Origin: Podarcis muralis
Lineage: Eukaryota
Assembly (NCBI RefSeq): GCF_964188315.1
Contig: NC_135660.1
Coordinates: forward strand, 64,666,001-64,730,000
Length of the DNA: 64,000 nt
Reading direction: 5' to 3'
Shown: piece after piece, positions 52,589-62,545 of the stretch
How positions within the stretch are numbered: the first letter of the stretch is position 1
Layout: every line of letters starts with the position of its first letter
Position numbers and translations under genes: made by a program
The notes under the pieces: model-generated
Database searches by the model: none
What the model was told of the DNA's origin: nothing
Seen by the model: only the letters and a program-made list of their open reading frames with translations

Positions 52589-53128
52589 TGTTACACATCA
52601 TCCAAATCTCTAAGCAGAGAGAGAATCGAGGGGTTCCAGGTGCTTCCCAGGGTTGGCTTCCTTGGAATGAAGGTCAGGTGTCTTTAGGATATATGGTTTT
52701 ATTTATGCATATATACAACCTCGGCATAATACGGAGGGGCTCACAGCATTATTGACCCCAAAGGTCTTCCTTCTTCATTCATCACAGATGTGGATCCAGC
52801 ACAGAGCAAACATGTTCCAGCTCCCAGCCTGCTTCTAGCTTAGCTCACACCCAACTGTCCCCCTATCTCTCTCCTACATAGCAGCTAGGGGGGTGGGGGT
52901 GGAAAAAAGGCTTGTGCATTAGTCAGGAGGGCACCACAACATTTTTTGTTCTTGCAACCTAGCTCATTCTTTTGGGTTGCTGTTGAGGACATTTAATTGG
53001 CCTGAGAATCATGCAAAGAAACTTGTTCAATGAGTTCAGCAACAGATTTTCACCTTCAGTGGGTGTAGGACCCCAAGAATTGGAAGGTACTCAGGCATCA
53101 TCCAGACTGACCCCCTAAACCCACAACA
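52589..53128 (-). mobile_element. Solo LTR in FAS intron 8, sense to FAS, related to 13399-13761
   Basis: Shared blocks: start tgttgtgggttt vs tgttatgagttt; gttgtatatatgcataaataaaaccatatatcctaaagacac vs gttgtatagatgtgtaaataaaccatataccctaaagacac; end gagatttggatgatgtgtaaca vs gagattggggtggcatgcaaca. No TSD seen. Confidence 0.8.
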
Positions 53129-53209
53129 ACATATTATCTGCATAAACAGGTAACTCGCAACTTATTCACGTTTAATTTGCACTCATTCATCTTTAAGTGT
53201 TTACCAAAA

Positions 53210-53428
53210 CTTCTGGTGAACCAGAGCAACACACGGAAATGCTGTTTACCTTCCCGCCAGAGTGGTACCTATTTATCTACTTGCACTTGGACGTGCTTTC
53301 GAATTGCTAGGTTATCAGGAGCAGGAACTGAGCAATGGGAGCTCATCCCATCGTGGGGATTCGAACCGCCAACCTTCTGAACGGCAAGCCCTAGGCTCTG
53401 TGGTTTAGACCACAGCGCCACCCATGTC
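53210..53428 (-). mobile_element. Sauria SINE 5' portion in FAS intron 8
   Basis: cttctggtgaaccagagc ... ggattcgaaccgcc ... cacagcgccaccc. Confidence 0.9.
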
Positions 53429-53843
53429 GTGTAGTGAGTTACACTTGTTTAAAAGTGTCCCTATAAGAAGAATGCTTTCTCCAAGGCGATACATTTTTTT
53501 TCTCTTGTGGAAGTGTGTGCTTTCAAAGCAAAAAACTAGCTTTCTAAAACCTGGGTTGATTCAGCAATGCTATTCACCCCCCCCCCCCAAAGAAAGAAAG
53601 AAAGAAAGAGGGGGGAGATGGTTACATATGTCTACCATGTGACATCTAGCTCACTTATTAAAATTTTACATGACTTTTATTATTAATTTAATCAAAGGGA
53701 GATAAGAGAAAAGCTGACAAGGGTGCTATAGAAAATTCCATAGAAACTCCTTAGACAGCTTTACAAATGAAAAAGAAAGCAATCAAGTGACCAAAAAATA
53801 GCAAGACATGTAAACCTGTCTCACTAGAATCCATATCTAAATA

Positions 53844-54385
53844 TGTAATACTAAATCCTGGCCGACAGTGAGTGGGCTTCATAAAGAAGGGAAGTCAGTG
53901 TCGCATCAACAGCCCTGGCACTTGTGCTGATCGATTGGAAAAATGTCTTTGGCTATCCCAATTCCCATATTGGGCCACTTCCTATCATGTGATGGCAACA
54001 GAGTCCAGGCAGGCTCCATTGCTGGCCCTATTCCACTCCACCCATCAGGCTTCAGCGAATCCGATCTCTCCCCCTCACAGCAGACTGCCAGTAATAGATA
54101 GACAGTAAGTTCTTACCAATGTCTTTTATTCATTGTTCACAGAGAGAAGCTTGCAAATGTTGCCTCTTGGGGTAATGGCGATGCTCTGAGTAATCTCCTC
54201 CCCCCTTCCCTTCTCAGTCGTCAACAGCACCACCCCCTTTACGGTGGCTGCTTAAGGCCATTTGCCTCTTAGCTTTCTGCTCTCCCACTTTCACTGCTCG
54301 CTGGGTCCTGGGAGAAGGGGGCGTCTGGAATGCTTTCTAATGATAACGTGTCAGCCAGCTGCTCTGGCTCTGCTCCTCCCTGCTA
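53844..54385 (-). mobile_element. Second LTR-like element in FAS intron 8, sense to FAS, 5' end unresolved
   Basis: Minus strand ends ...tttagtattaCA. It has a GA-rich U3-like region and gaataaaagac at 54125-54130. Confidence 0.55.
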
Positions 54386-54428
54386 AATTCAATTAATAAT
54401 AATAGTGAAATCATCATTTTTTCCATAC

Positions 54429-54453
54429 CTGGATAATGGAGAGGCTTCATTTC
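54429..54453 (-). CDS. FAS: FAS exon 8 (25-nt micro-exon): EMKPLHYP(D); 5' boundary ambiguous (may start at 54465)
   Basis: ttagag|GAAATGAAGCCTCTCCATTATCCAG|gtatgg. 25 nt, phase 0 to 1, the same length and phases as human exon 8. It joins exon 7 to exon 9 in frame. The acceptor is an unusual GAG. Confidence 0.75.
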
Positions 54454-54914
54454 CTCTAAGGGCAGCTTACAACATATATAAAAAAACAAAACATTAAACA
54501 TTAAAAACAAAATATCCTATACAAGCAACAAACCAATAAATCAATAGAAACCACTAACAACAACAACAATAAAGAGTGTTACGAGAAGGAATCCCCCCCC
54601 CCGACCCAAATTAATGTAACCACCAACCGCAACTAAACATTTAACCAACACCAACCTGACAAAAATGAAACAGAGGAACCAAAATTAGAACTGTTTAGGT
54701 TATTTAAAAACATTTTAGCCAGTTGTCCCAACCCAAGAATTGTTCCAGCAATGTCCCAGTGGTCTCCCAGGAGCCTCTTTTAGCTGTTCAAGGTAAGTCT
54801 GGGCCCCTTGCAGCAGGAACACAAGACCAGGCACCTTGGGTCCTATTGATACATCATCTAACACAGGAATAGCCAGTGTCTAAAGAAGCATTTAAATACA
54901 TCTATGAGGTTTTA

Positions 54915-55274
54915 GGGACGCTGGTGGCGCTGTGGGTAAAAGCCTCAGTGCCTAGGACTTGCCGATCAAAAGGTCGGCGGTTCGAATCCCCGTGGCGGGG
55001 TGCGCTCCCGTTGCTTGGTCCCAGAGCCTGCCATCTAGCAGTTCGAAAGCACCCCCGGGTGCAAGTAGATAAATAGGGACCACTTACCAGCGGGAAGGTA
55101 AATGGCATTCCGTGTGCTGCGCTGGCTCGCCAGATGCAGCTTTGTCACGCTGGCCACGTGACCCGGAAGTGTCTCCGGACAGCGCTGGCCCCTGGCCTCT
55201 TAAGTGAGATGGGCGCACAACCCTAGAGTCGGACACGACTGGCCCGTACGGGCGGGGTACCTTTACCTTTACCT
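54915..55274 (+). mobile_element. Full-length young Sauria SINE (CpG-rich subfamily) in FAS intron 7
   Basis: TSD tatgaggtttta / tatgaggtgtta (12 bp, 1 mismatch). Confidence 0.95.
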
Positions 55275-55448
55275 TATGAGGTGTTACAGATGGCCAAATG
55301 ATGCACAGAGGTCTATCTGATTGTTCCATCTTCTGACGAGATTAATAGTCAGTTTATGATGAGGTTTGCAAAAAGGCATGCATGCTTATCTAGCCCAAGA
55401 ACAAGGATTATGACAGGACAAACTGTACCTGCTGCATTATGTAATATA

Positions 55449-55809
55449 GGTAAAGGTAAAGGTACCCCTGACCATTTGGTCCAGTCATGGATGACTCTGG
55501 GGTTGTGCACTCATCTCACTCTATAGGCCGAGGTAGCCAGCATTTGTCCCCAGACAGCTTCCAAGACATGTGGCCAGCATGACTAAGCTGCTTCTGGCGA
55601 ACCAGAGCAGCGCACGGAAATGCCATTTACCTTCCCGCCGGAGCGGTACCTATTTATCTACTTGCACCTTGACGTGCTTTCGAACTGCTACGTTGGCAGG
55701 AGCTGGGACCAAACAACAGGAGCTCACCCCGTTGTGGGGATTCGAACTGCTGACCTTCTGATCGGCAAGCTCTAGGTTCTGTGGTAGACCACAGCGCCAC
55801 CTGCGTCCC
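55449..55809 (-). mobile_element. Full-length Sauria SINE in FAS intron 7
   Basis: 13-bp TSD attatgtaatata at 55436-55448 and 55813-55825. Confidence 0.95.
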
Positions 55810-55908
55810 TAGATTATGTAATATATGGTTGTGTTAATATCTTCCTTTATATTGACGTCAGCAACTTTCAGACTCTCTCCATTTCAGTGCTTGTATGAAC
55901 TTTACTAA

Positions 55909-56265
55909 GGGACGCGGGTGGCGCTGTGGGTAAAAGCCTCAGCGCCTAGGGCTTGCCGATCGAAAGGTCGGCGGTTCGAATCCCCGCGGCGGGGTGCACT
56001 CCCGTTGCTCGGTCCCAGCGCCTGCCAACCTAGCAGTTCGAAAGCACCCCTGGGTGCAAGTAGATAAATAGGGACCGCTTACTAGCGGGAAGGTAAACAG
56101 CGTTTCCGTGTGCTGCGCTGGCTCGCCATATGCAGCTTGTAACGCTGGCCACGTGACCCGGAAGTGTCTGCGGACAGCGCTGGCCCCCGGCCTCTTAAGT
56201 GAGATGGGCACATAACCCTAGAGTCGGACACGACTGGCCCGTACGGGCAGGGGTACCTTTACCTT
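55909..56265 (+). mobile_element. Full-length young Sauria SINE in FAS intron 7
   Basis: Perfect 14-bp TSD tatgaactttacta at 55894-55907 and 56266-56279. Confidence 0.96.
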
Positions 56266-56332
56266 TATGAACTTTACTATCATTATTTAGATCTGAACTA
56301 TGTCTTCAGGTTGGGTAAAAGTGGGGGGAGGG

Positions 56333-56333
<1 letters not shown>

Positions 56334-56388
<55 letters not shown>

Positions 56389-56460
56389 TTATTTAAATGC
56401 CATCCATCCATCTGACTGGGTCACCCCACCCACTCTGTGTGACTTCCAGTAAATTAAAAC
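56334..56460 (-). mobile_element. L2 3' tail with (AAT)n
   Basis: (AAT)n followed by ccatccatctgactggg ... cactctg. Confidence 0.65.
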
Positions 56461-56877
56461 ACAGTAAGACACAGTTTAGTTCATTTTTTTTGTTCTCAAT
56501 ATGCAACTCAATGCACATTTTATTTTATTTTTTGCAACTAACTATAAAACTCAATTAAAATAAGAATGTGAAAAAGACGTACACATATCTAGATCAAAGG
56601 ACTTTGTTATGTGGCCAGCTGTAATGTGCTTTGAATTTACTATAGAACCAGGGATCTGATTTTGGTCTAGGCCAGTATGGCTATTTCATCATTGCCAGCC
56701 CATAATAGGTGTCCCAAAGATAAGCAAAACTATTCTTCGTCTGAGGAAAAACATTGTCCCCTATTTTTTTTCTTACAATATTCCTTGGGTTATGTTTATA
56801 TATTTATTCCATAAAATTTATATACCATTTTATTGTAAATGTCATGCACTGTATTCAAAGTAAGAAAGTATACTCAC

Positions 56878-56933
56878 CATTCCATTTGGCTCCTCTTTGA
56901 CATTGTACTCTTTGGTTTTCTTCTTTTTACGCA
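56878..56933 (-). CDS. FAS: FAS exon 7 (basic juxtamembrane): VRKKKKTKEYNVKEEPNGM
   Basis: ttttctgtggggctgcag|TG ... ATG|gtgagt. 56 nt, phase 1 to 0. Lysine-rich stop-transfer segment, as in mammalian exon 7. Confidence 0.9.
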
Positions 56934-57798
56934 CTGCAGCCCCACAGAAAAGAACTATGGTTTGTTTGTTTGTTTTACTACATTCATAAAACAACAGGAG
57001 CAGCAATAGGAAGGGACATAGAATTCTACATCACTGGCTAGAAGTACCCATTAGGGCTGTGAACCAGATTTGACCAAAGTCCATATCCCAAATTGTATCG
57101 GGCTGATTTGGGTGGATCAAGGTTTGGGCTGGATTGTGATGAGACAGTGCCAGATTGTCTCGAGTTGGGTTGGCCCACCTGCAGTGATCTGAGATGGTCA
57201 AAATGTAGGGGGAGTGATGGATTACAGGGGGAAAGAAGGTGAGATTGGCAACCCCTGAAAACAACAGCATGAGGCTGTCTGCAAAAGGGCTTTCAAACAG
57301 CCCTGCATTGCGCTGTTCCCAGTAGCCTGCTTCCATCAGGTGAACAGGTCAGTGCAGCCAAATTGAGCAGTACTGAACCCTCTGCTCACCAGATGAGTGG
57401 GTGGTTGGATCCTGATTGCTGCAGAGGTCTGTAGTCATGCGGGACAGGGTGGGAGGTGAGTTTAGAAGCCCATTTCCTGAAGTACAAAGACTACACTTCT
57501 TGCTAGCCCCATCCACCCTTGGATTAAAGCTGGGGACAAAAAATCAGATTGGTGGAATACCAGCTCAGAACTAAACCATTTAATGGTGCTTACTCCCAGG
57601 TAAGAGGGGTGAGGCTTGCTACCTTAGTTCTCTAGAAGTATGTTCACATGAACCTTGAGACAATCTCTGAAACTTTTCTTAAACGTGGCTGGGCATGAAA
57701 AGACCCATGTCTATGTTATATAAGCCTTAAGTACAACCCTCAGGCATGCATTGCAGGTTGCAGAATATTTTAGGTAGTTTAAAGGTGCATCAACTTAC

Positions 57799-57888
57799 CA
57801 TACCACATTGCCCCAATGACAATCACCGCCACAACGACTATGACTACAACGGGTGCAACAATTGAAGCTGTTTTATCTTGTACAATCT
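57799..57888 (-). CDS. FAS: FAS exon 6 (transmembrane): EIVQDKTASIVAPVVVIVVVAVIVIGAMWY(V)
   Basis: ttctacttaacag|AG ... TATG|gtaagt. 90 nt, phase 1 to 1. Encodes a hydrophobic stretch of about 20 residues in the expected frame. Confidence 0.93.
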
Positions 57889-58443
57889 CTGTTAAGTAGA
57901 ACATTGCAAAGTTTCATACAGAATATGCAGATACTTTTCACCAATAAGCATTTTAGACTTATATGGCTCACATGGCAGGTCTCTGCTTCATGAGGCTCAA
58001 CTTTGACACAAAGCCATTTTATGGGTAGAATGAACAAATGAAACCCAGCCCCACCATGCCCAGTACAAAATGCAAACATCCCCTTAAATATAGTCAGATT
58101 GAAAACAACTGACAGCCCATTCACACAACTGTTTGTTTCACTCTGTGGCTGCTGAGTTTTTGAATCAATCCATGCTGACTTTCACTTCCCGCCCACCCCA
58201 AGGCTGAGTGATGAGCGCTGTATGTAGGAGAGGTCTCAACCCCACCCCAACCTTTTGATTTACCAGCCCCATCATATACAAATACACCACATGTGACCAG
58301 TGATAGGATGGCCAAAGTTTGGCTGACTGAAAAATGAAGTTGTCATGAACCTGAAACAGCAGACCAAAAGCCAACTCTTCTTTTATAATCATTCCCTTGT
58401 TTAAGGTATATTTCAGAGCTAAGTCAAAGATCCCAACAGTTAC

Positions 58444-58508
58444 CTGTTCTGTCACATCTGGTGTTATTGGTTTGGGTGCAATTTTCTAGAATTTTACCAC
58501 CTTTACAC
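58444..58508 (-). CDS. FAS: FAS exon 5 (CRD3 C-half): CKGGKILENCTQTNNTRCDRT(E)
   Basis: tttattcacag|G ... ACAG|gtaact. 65 nt, phase 2 to 1. Matches human CEHGIIKECTLTSNTKC. Confidence 0.95.
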
Positions 58509-58849
58509 CTGTGAATAAATTATTTGAAAACAATGGAAAGATTAGGTCATCTGTCAAGGGAACAGAGCAAAATAGTCAATTTCCTCAAGTTATTGCTTTT
58601 TGAGTTTCTGATTATGATATAGGAATTTTGAAGTTCCTTTTGTCCAATGACATTGTCAAGCTGGACCCCCCAGAAGCTGCAATCTAGATCTTTTGACTTT
58701 CCAGCCCAGAGTCTCTGAAGTCAATGGCCAGAGCTGGAAGCTAGAACCTTATATGAAACAAATAGAAGGCACTGTTCCACAGGCTAGGCCAAGGATATGG
58801 AATCAGTAGCTGTCCAGCTGTTGTCGGGACTCCAACTCCCATCAGCCTC

Positions 58850-59051
58850 TGCCAGCATAGACAATAGCCAGGAACGATGGGAGTTGAAGTCCAACATCTG
58901 GAAAGCCACTGATTTCCCATCCTTGGACTATGCAAAAGCAAAAGAGCAGGTGCCAGCATAGACAATAGCCAGGAACGATGGGAGTTGAAGTCCAACATCT
59001 GGAAAGCCACTGATTTCCCATCCTTGGACTATGCAAAAGCAAAAGAGCAGG
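58850..59051. repeat. Perfect 2 x 101-bp tandem duplication in FAS intron 4
   Basis: 58850-58950 is identical to 58951-59051. Confidence 0.98.
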
Positions 59052-60013
59052 CTCTTGGTATCTATATACCATGCCTGGAGTATCCGATACTTATTGCTGA
59101 TGATGCACACCCTTATTCCATTCTGCTCCAGAAAACGACTTTGAAGCATAAGCATGTGCACTCCTCAGTAGCTTTCTAGGCTAGGTTCAGGTCCCTGTTT
59201 AGGTGAAACTTAGAGTCCATTATGGAGAAGCTGGAAAGTGTGGTTATGTTTGTATGTCATCCCTCACCATTGGCCAAACTGGTGGGGAATGGTGGGAGAT
59301 GTACTTCAGATTATGCTCCACTCCAAAACACACCCAGAGAATGGTTGGAAATACATGGAAGAAGAGCGAAGATGCCACCTAGTGTTTGGAAATTATTGTG
59401 CATTCTCTTCCTTCTGGATTTGCTTATTTTATGGTAGTCCATAATGAGTAGCCTGTGATTTGGACAAAGTTTCAAATCAGACCATCGAGGGTTGCATTCC
59501 TATGAATACAGAGCAGGGGTGCAAAATCTGTGGCTCCGTAGAGGTTGATGGTTGTGCATTCTTCAAATTCGGGGATCTGTATCTTTTATGGGGAAGTGCA
59601 TACAAAGAATGCAGATTTTATGGGGAAAATACATAAAAACAACTATTTTGCAGGGGGAAATATGATGTGCAAAAGGTGTGTTTCAAGAGCAGTGCCTAGC
59701 AAATCATACAAAAATGCGTATTTAAGGAGCAGGTATTGTAAACTGTACAAAATGTGCACTGCAGGAAATATCGCATACAAAACTGTGTTCAGTTTAAAGG
59801 AGTCATGCATCCCTAGTCAACCCTATCTCATCAAAGCAATAGGTGTTTAGACCTATGGGGTGGATACTGTATATTTCAGAGACCATATATATCGGGAGCA
59901 GGTTCAGAGGTTCAAATGCAAGATCTACAATTCAAAAATGCTTTAGATCCTGTCTCCAGTCCCTGTTTTTCACTCAAATTGCCCTTTAGTCAGTAACTGT
60001 GCAGGAGACTTAC

Positions 60014-60125
60014 TCATCGCATGGATCACAGTGGCGGCATGGTTCAGAAGAATTGCAGAAGTAGCCAGACCTACATCTACATTTTACGTTCTGGTGGATG
60101 GTACAATTCTTTTCAACTTCTAAAC
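60014..60125 (-). CDS. FAS: FAS exon 4 (CRD3 N-half): [37 protein letters not shown](E)
   Basis: tttattttag|GT ... GA|gtaagt. 112 nt, phase 1 to 2. Matches human [35 protein letters not shown]. Confidence 0.97.
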
Positions 60126-60492
60126 CTAAAATAAATAGAAACAGAAACAAAGCTGATTCCTGAAGGACTGTCACAAAAAAGAGGTCTATTGGGATTGTTG
60201 TGTTAGGTTTCCTGGTTATAATGCTAGTACTTCTTCCCCAGTTTCTAATGTTCTGTTTACACTGCATTACCTAGTGTGTTATGCCACCAAGGTGTGCTAA
60301 ATTTCATTCACACCAGTGGACTTTATCAGACTTGCTGCTACCCTCCCACCTTTCATGTGTATGTGTGCTTCTGTTCCTCCATGGAAATAGCAGGGAATAA
60401 CTGCATGCTGGCCTACAGCCCAATGATTTTCTGGAGAACATTAGGAGACACTTCTTAATGGTAAGGGCAAGTCAACAACGCAACCAAGTACT

Positions 60493-60610
60493 GGTGGTCT
60501 TCAAGCAGAGGCTGGGCAGCCATCTGTTAGGGGCTGCTGTAGCCTTGTATTCCCTGCAAGGAAACAGATGATTGGCAAGGCCCCTTCAGCTCTGTGATTC
60601 TAAATGTTCT
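60493..60610 (+). mobile_element. CR1 3' tail fragment
   Basis: ggtcttcaagcagaggctgggcagccatctg ... ctctgtgattct. Confidence 0.7.
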
Positions 60611-61021
60611 TGAAGTTCAATGAAAAGCCAAAGGCTTGATCATATATTTAAGAGTCTTCAGTTGATGAAAATCAGGATATAAGCATGTTTTAACTTCTAT
60701 ATTGCACCCATTGTGTTCTGTTTTGTTCCATGTGTCTACATGTCTTCACCACAGCAGCACATAATGTTTAGCTGTTTTAATAAATAAGAGTCCTCTTCTG
60801 TTATTTGGTTCCCATCCCCTAGAGGCCAGTGTGTGCAACGGCTGCCACCACCACCTTACCCAGCATGCAATCTGATGCATATACGGAGGAACATGTGTAG
60901 GGAGACAAGAAGCCTTTTCTCTGTGTTGCACATGCTAGGCTTTCTGCAAAGACATGCACTTAAAACATTTCTCTCTAATGCAATACGCATCACAACCAAT
61001 AGTTCTAGATTGCGAACATAC

Positions 61022-61162
61022 CATGCTGCGTGTCACAGTGACCACATCGCCGACATTTGGGGTGATAATTGTAGTTATCCATATACTCTTCCCCATCTAT
61101 GCATTTTTCACAAGAAGTTGTAGGATTGTCCTTTGTGCAACCTTCCCGTTTAGCAAAGGAAC
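61022..61162 (-). CDS. FAS: FAS exon 3 (CRD2): GSFAKREGCTKDNPTTSCEKCIDGEEYMDNYNYHPKCRRCGHCDTQH(G)
   Basis: aaaaatag|GT ... CATG|gtatgt. 141 nt, phase 1 to 1. Aligns by eye with human [32 protein letters not shown]. Confidence 0.96.
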
Positions 61163-61474
61163 CTATTTTTAAAAAAACAAAAAAGCAGTTTAAACATTAA
61201 GATGGTGTGATTCACTTGAATGTCTCAGATTTCCTGAATCACTTTTTCTTGTTCAGCACCACCTAAGTGCCAAATCATTGCAGGAACAATGCTAACCAGA
61301 TAGTGATTAGGTTAAACAGGTATCCATTTCCAAACTATTTAATAATGTGACTTAAGTGGAGCTTGACAGAGTAATATTCAAACGCTTTCCTTTTAAGTAA
61401 CCTTATGAGAATGACACATGAAACGTGATGGTGATGGCAACAGAGGCCAGAGTTAGCACACTTATCTCGGCTGT

Positions 61475-61498
61475 AATAATAATAATAATAATAATAAT

Positions 61499-61547
<49 letters not shown>

Positions 61548-61600
61548 GTTTTATTATTTAAACCCCACCCATCTGGCTGGGTTTCCCTAGCCACTCCCTC
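61475..61600 (-). mobile_element. L2 3' tail with long (AAT)n
   Basis: (AAT)n followed by ccccacccatctggctgggtttccctagccactc. Confidence 0.75.
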
Positions 61601-61898
61601 ATGGGGGACTAGAATGGCTGCACAGGGCTTCAATGTGTTTCCCCATCTGTATTCTGCTCTAAGTGGATGAGAGAGAGAGAAGGAGCATAAGTCTGGTTGC
61701 CTTGGCAATGAGAACCTAATTCATTTCCCTCTAACATTTACTGCCTTGTAATCAGGTTCATGCAAAAACAAAGTATAAAGCTGCCTGGAGAAGCTGAGTG
61801 TTCCATAGGGGTGAGCATGTTCCTCAAATGCACCCGTGTTTCAGCTCTCCACTATTGAAAATGGAAATGCTTCTCAGTTATCTTACAATCATACCTAC

Positions 61899-62073
61899 CG
61901 GGCTTACAACTATCACAGCAAAAATCTTGAAACTGATATTGTGTATCATTCCGACATCCGATAACATTCCGCTTAAAAATACTTTTCACTGGCCCAGGTT
62001 TCTTATGTGCTCTGGGCGCCATAGACATAGAAACATTCTCATGCAATGGTCCAGGAGTAATAAAATCAAATGC
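61899..62073 (-). CDS. FAS: FAS exon 2 (N-terminal extension and CRD1): AFDFITPGPLHENVSMSMAPRAHKKPGPVKSIFKRNVIGCRNDTQYQFQDFCCDSCKP(G)
   Basis: Acceptor ctctccgtcatatag|GCA and donor CCCG|gtaggt. 175 nt, phase 0 to 1. The CCxxCxPG pattern matches the TNFR CRD1 end (human FCHKPCPPG). Confidence 0.92.
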
Positions 62074-62545
62074 CTATATGACGGAGAGGGAGAGAATATA
62101 TAAATATTGCATGTCAATGCATTATGGCATTTTCCGAAAAGACAATAGTTTTCTTTGGATTCTGATAGGCAATAAAGACAGCCAAATTGCTCCTTGTCAA
62201 GTTTTATTCATATGAAAATAAAGAACAAAGCAAGTAAAGGCATATATACTCTGATGACAGAAGGCTGCACAGAAGGGATTGGAAGTTCTGAGTTTGTGGG
62301 GGGAGGCTTCCTTGTGGGTAATTTTGAGAATCACTCTTGGCTACTGGTGTGACCCCAAAGAAGATGTAAGCACCCCAAGTGCATAGCTTAAGTTTTCCTT
62401 TCTGTGAGGAAAAATAGAAGAAGCAGCTGTTGGGATGTTGCAGGCCCTTCCCCATCTGGAAACCAGAGTACACTCAGCTGTGGCTCCTTTGGTGTTTTTA
62501 AGGGCATGCTGTGTCTTAAATTTTATTTTATAGCATAGTAACCTG

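Noticed and set aside
52524-52601. LTR-driven death-domain-only transcript starting at Met 52524
   Set aside because: No clear TATA in the LTR. The LTR's ATGs are out of frame and stop at the acceptor TAG, and the product would lack DD helix 1.
3054-61708. Poly-Ile, poly-Lys, poly-Ser, poly-VC and X-containing ORFs in the ORF track
   Set aside because: Artefacts of (AAT)n, (AAG)n and (TG)n microsatellites and of the N gap.
62502-62511. p53 half-site GGGCATGCTG in intron 1
   Set aside because: A single imperfect decamer without an adjacent second half-site.
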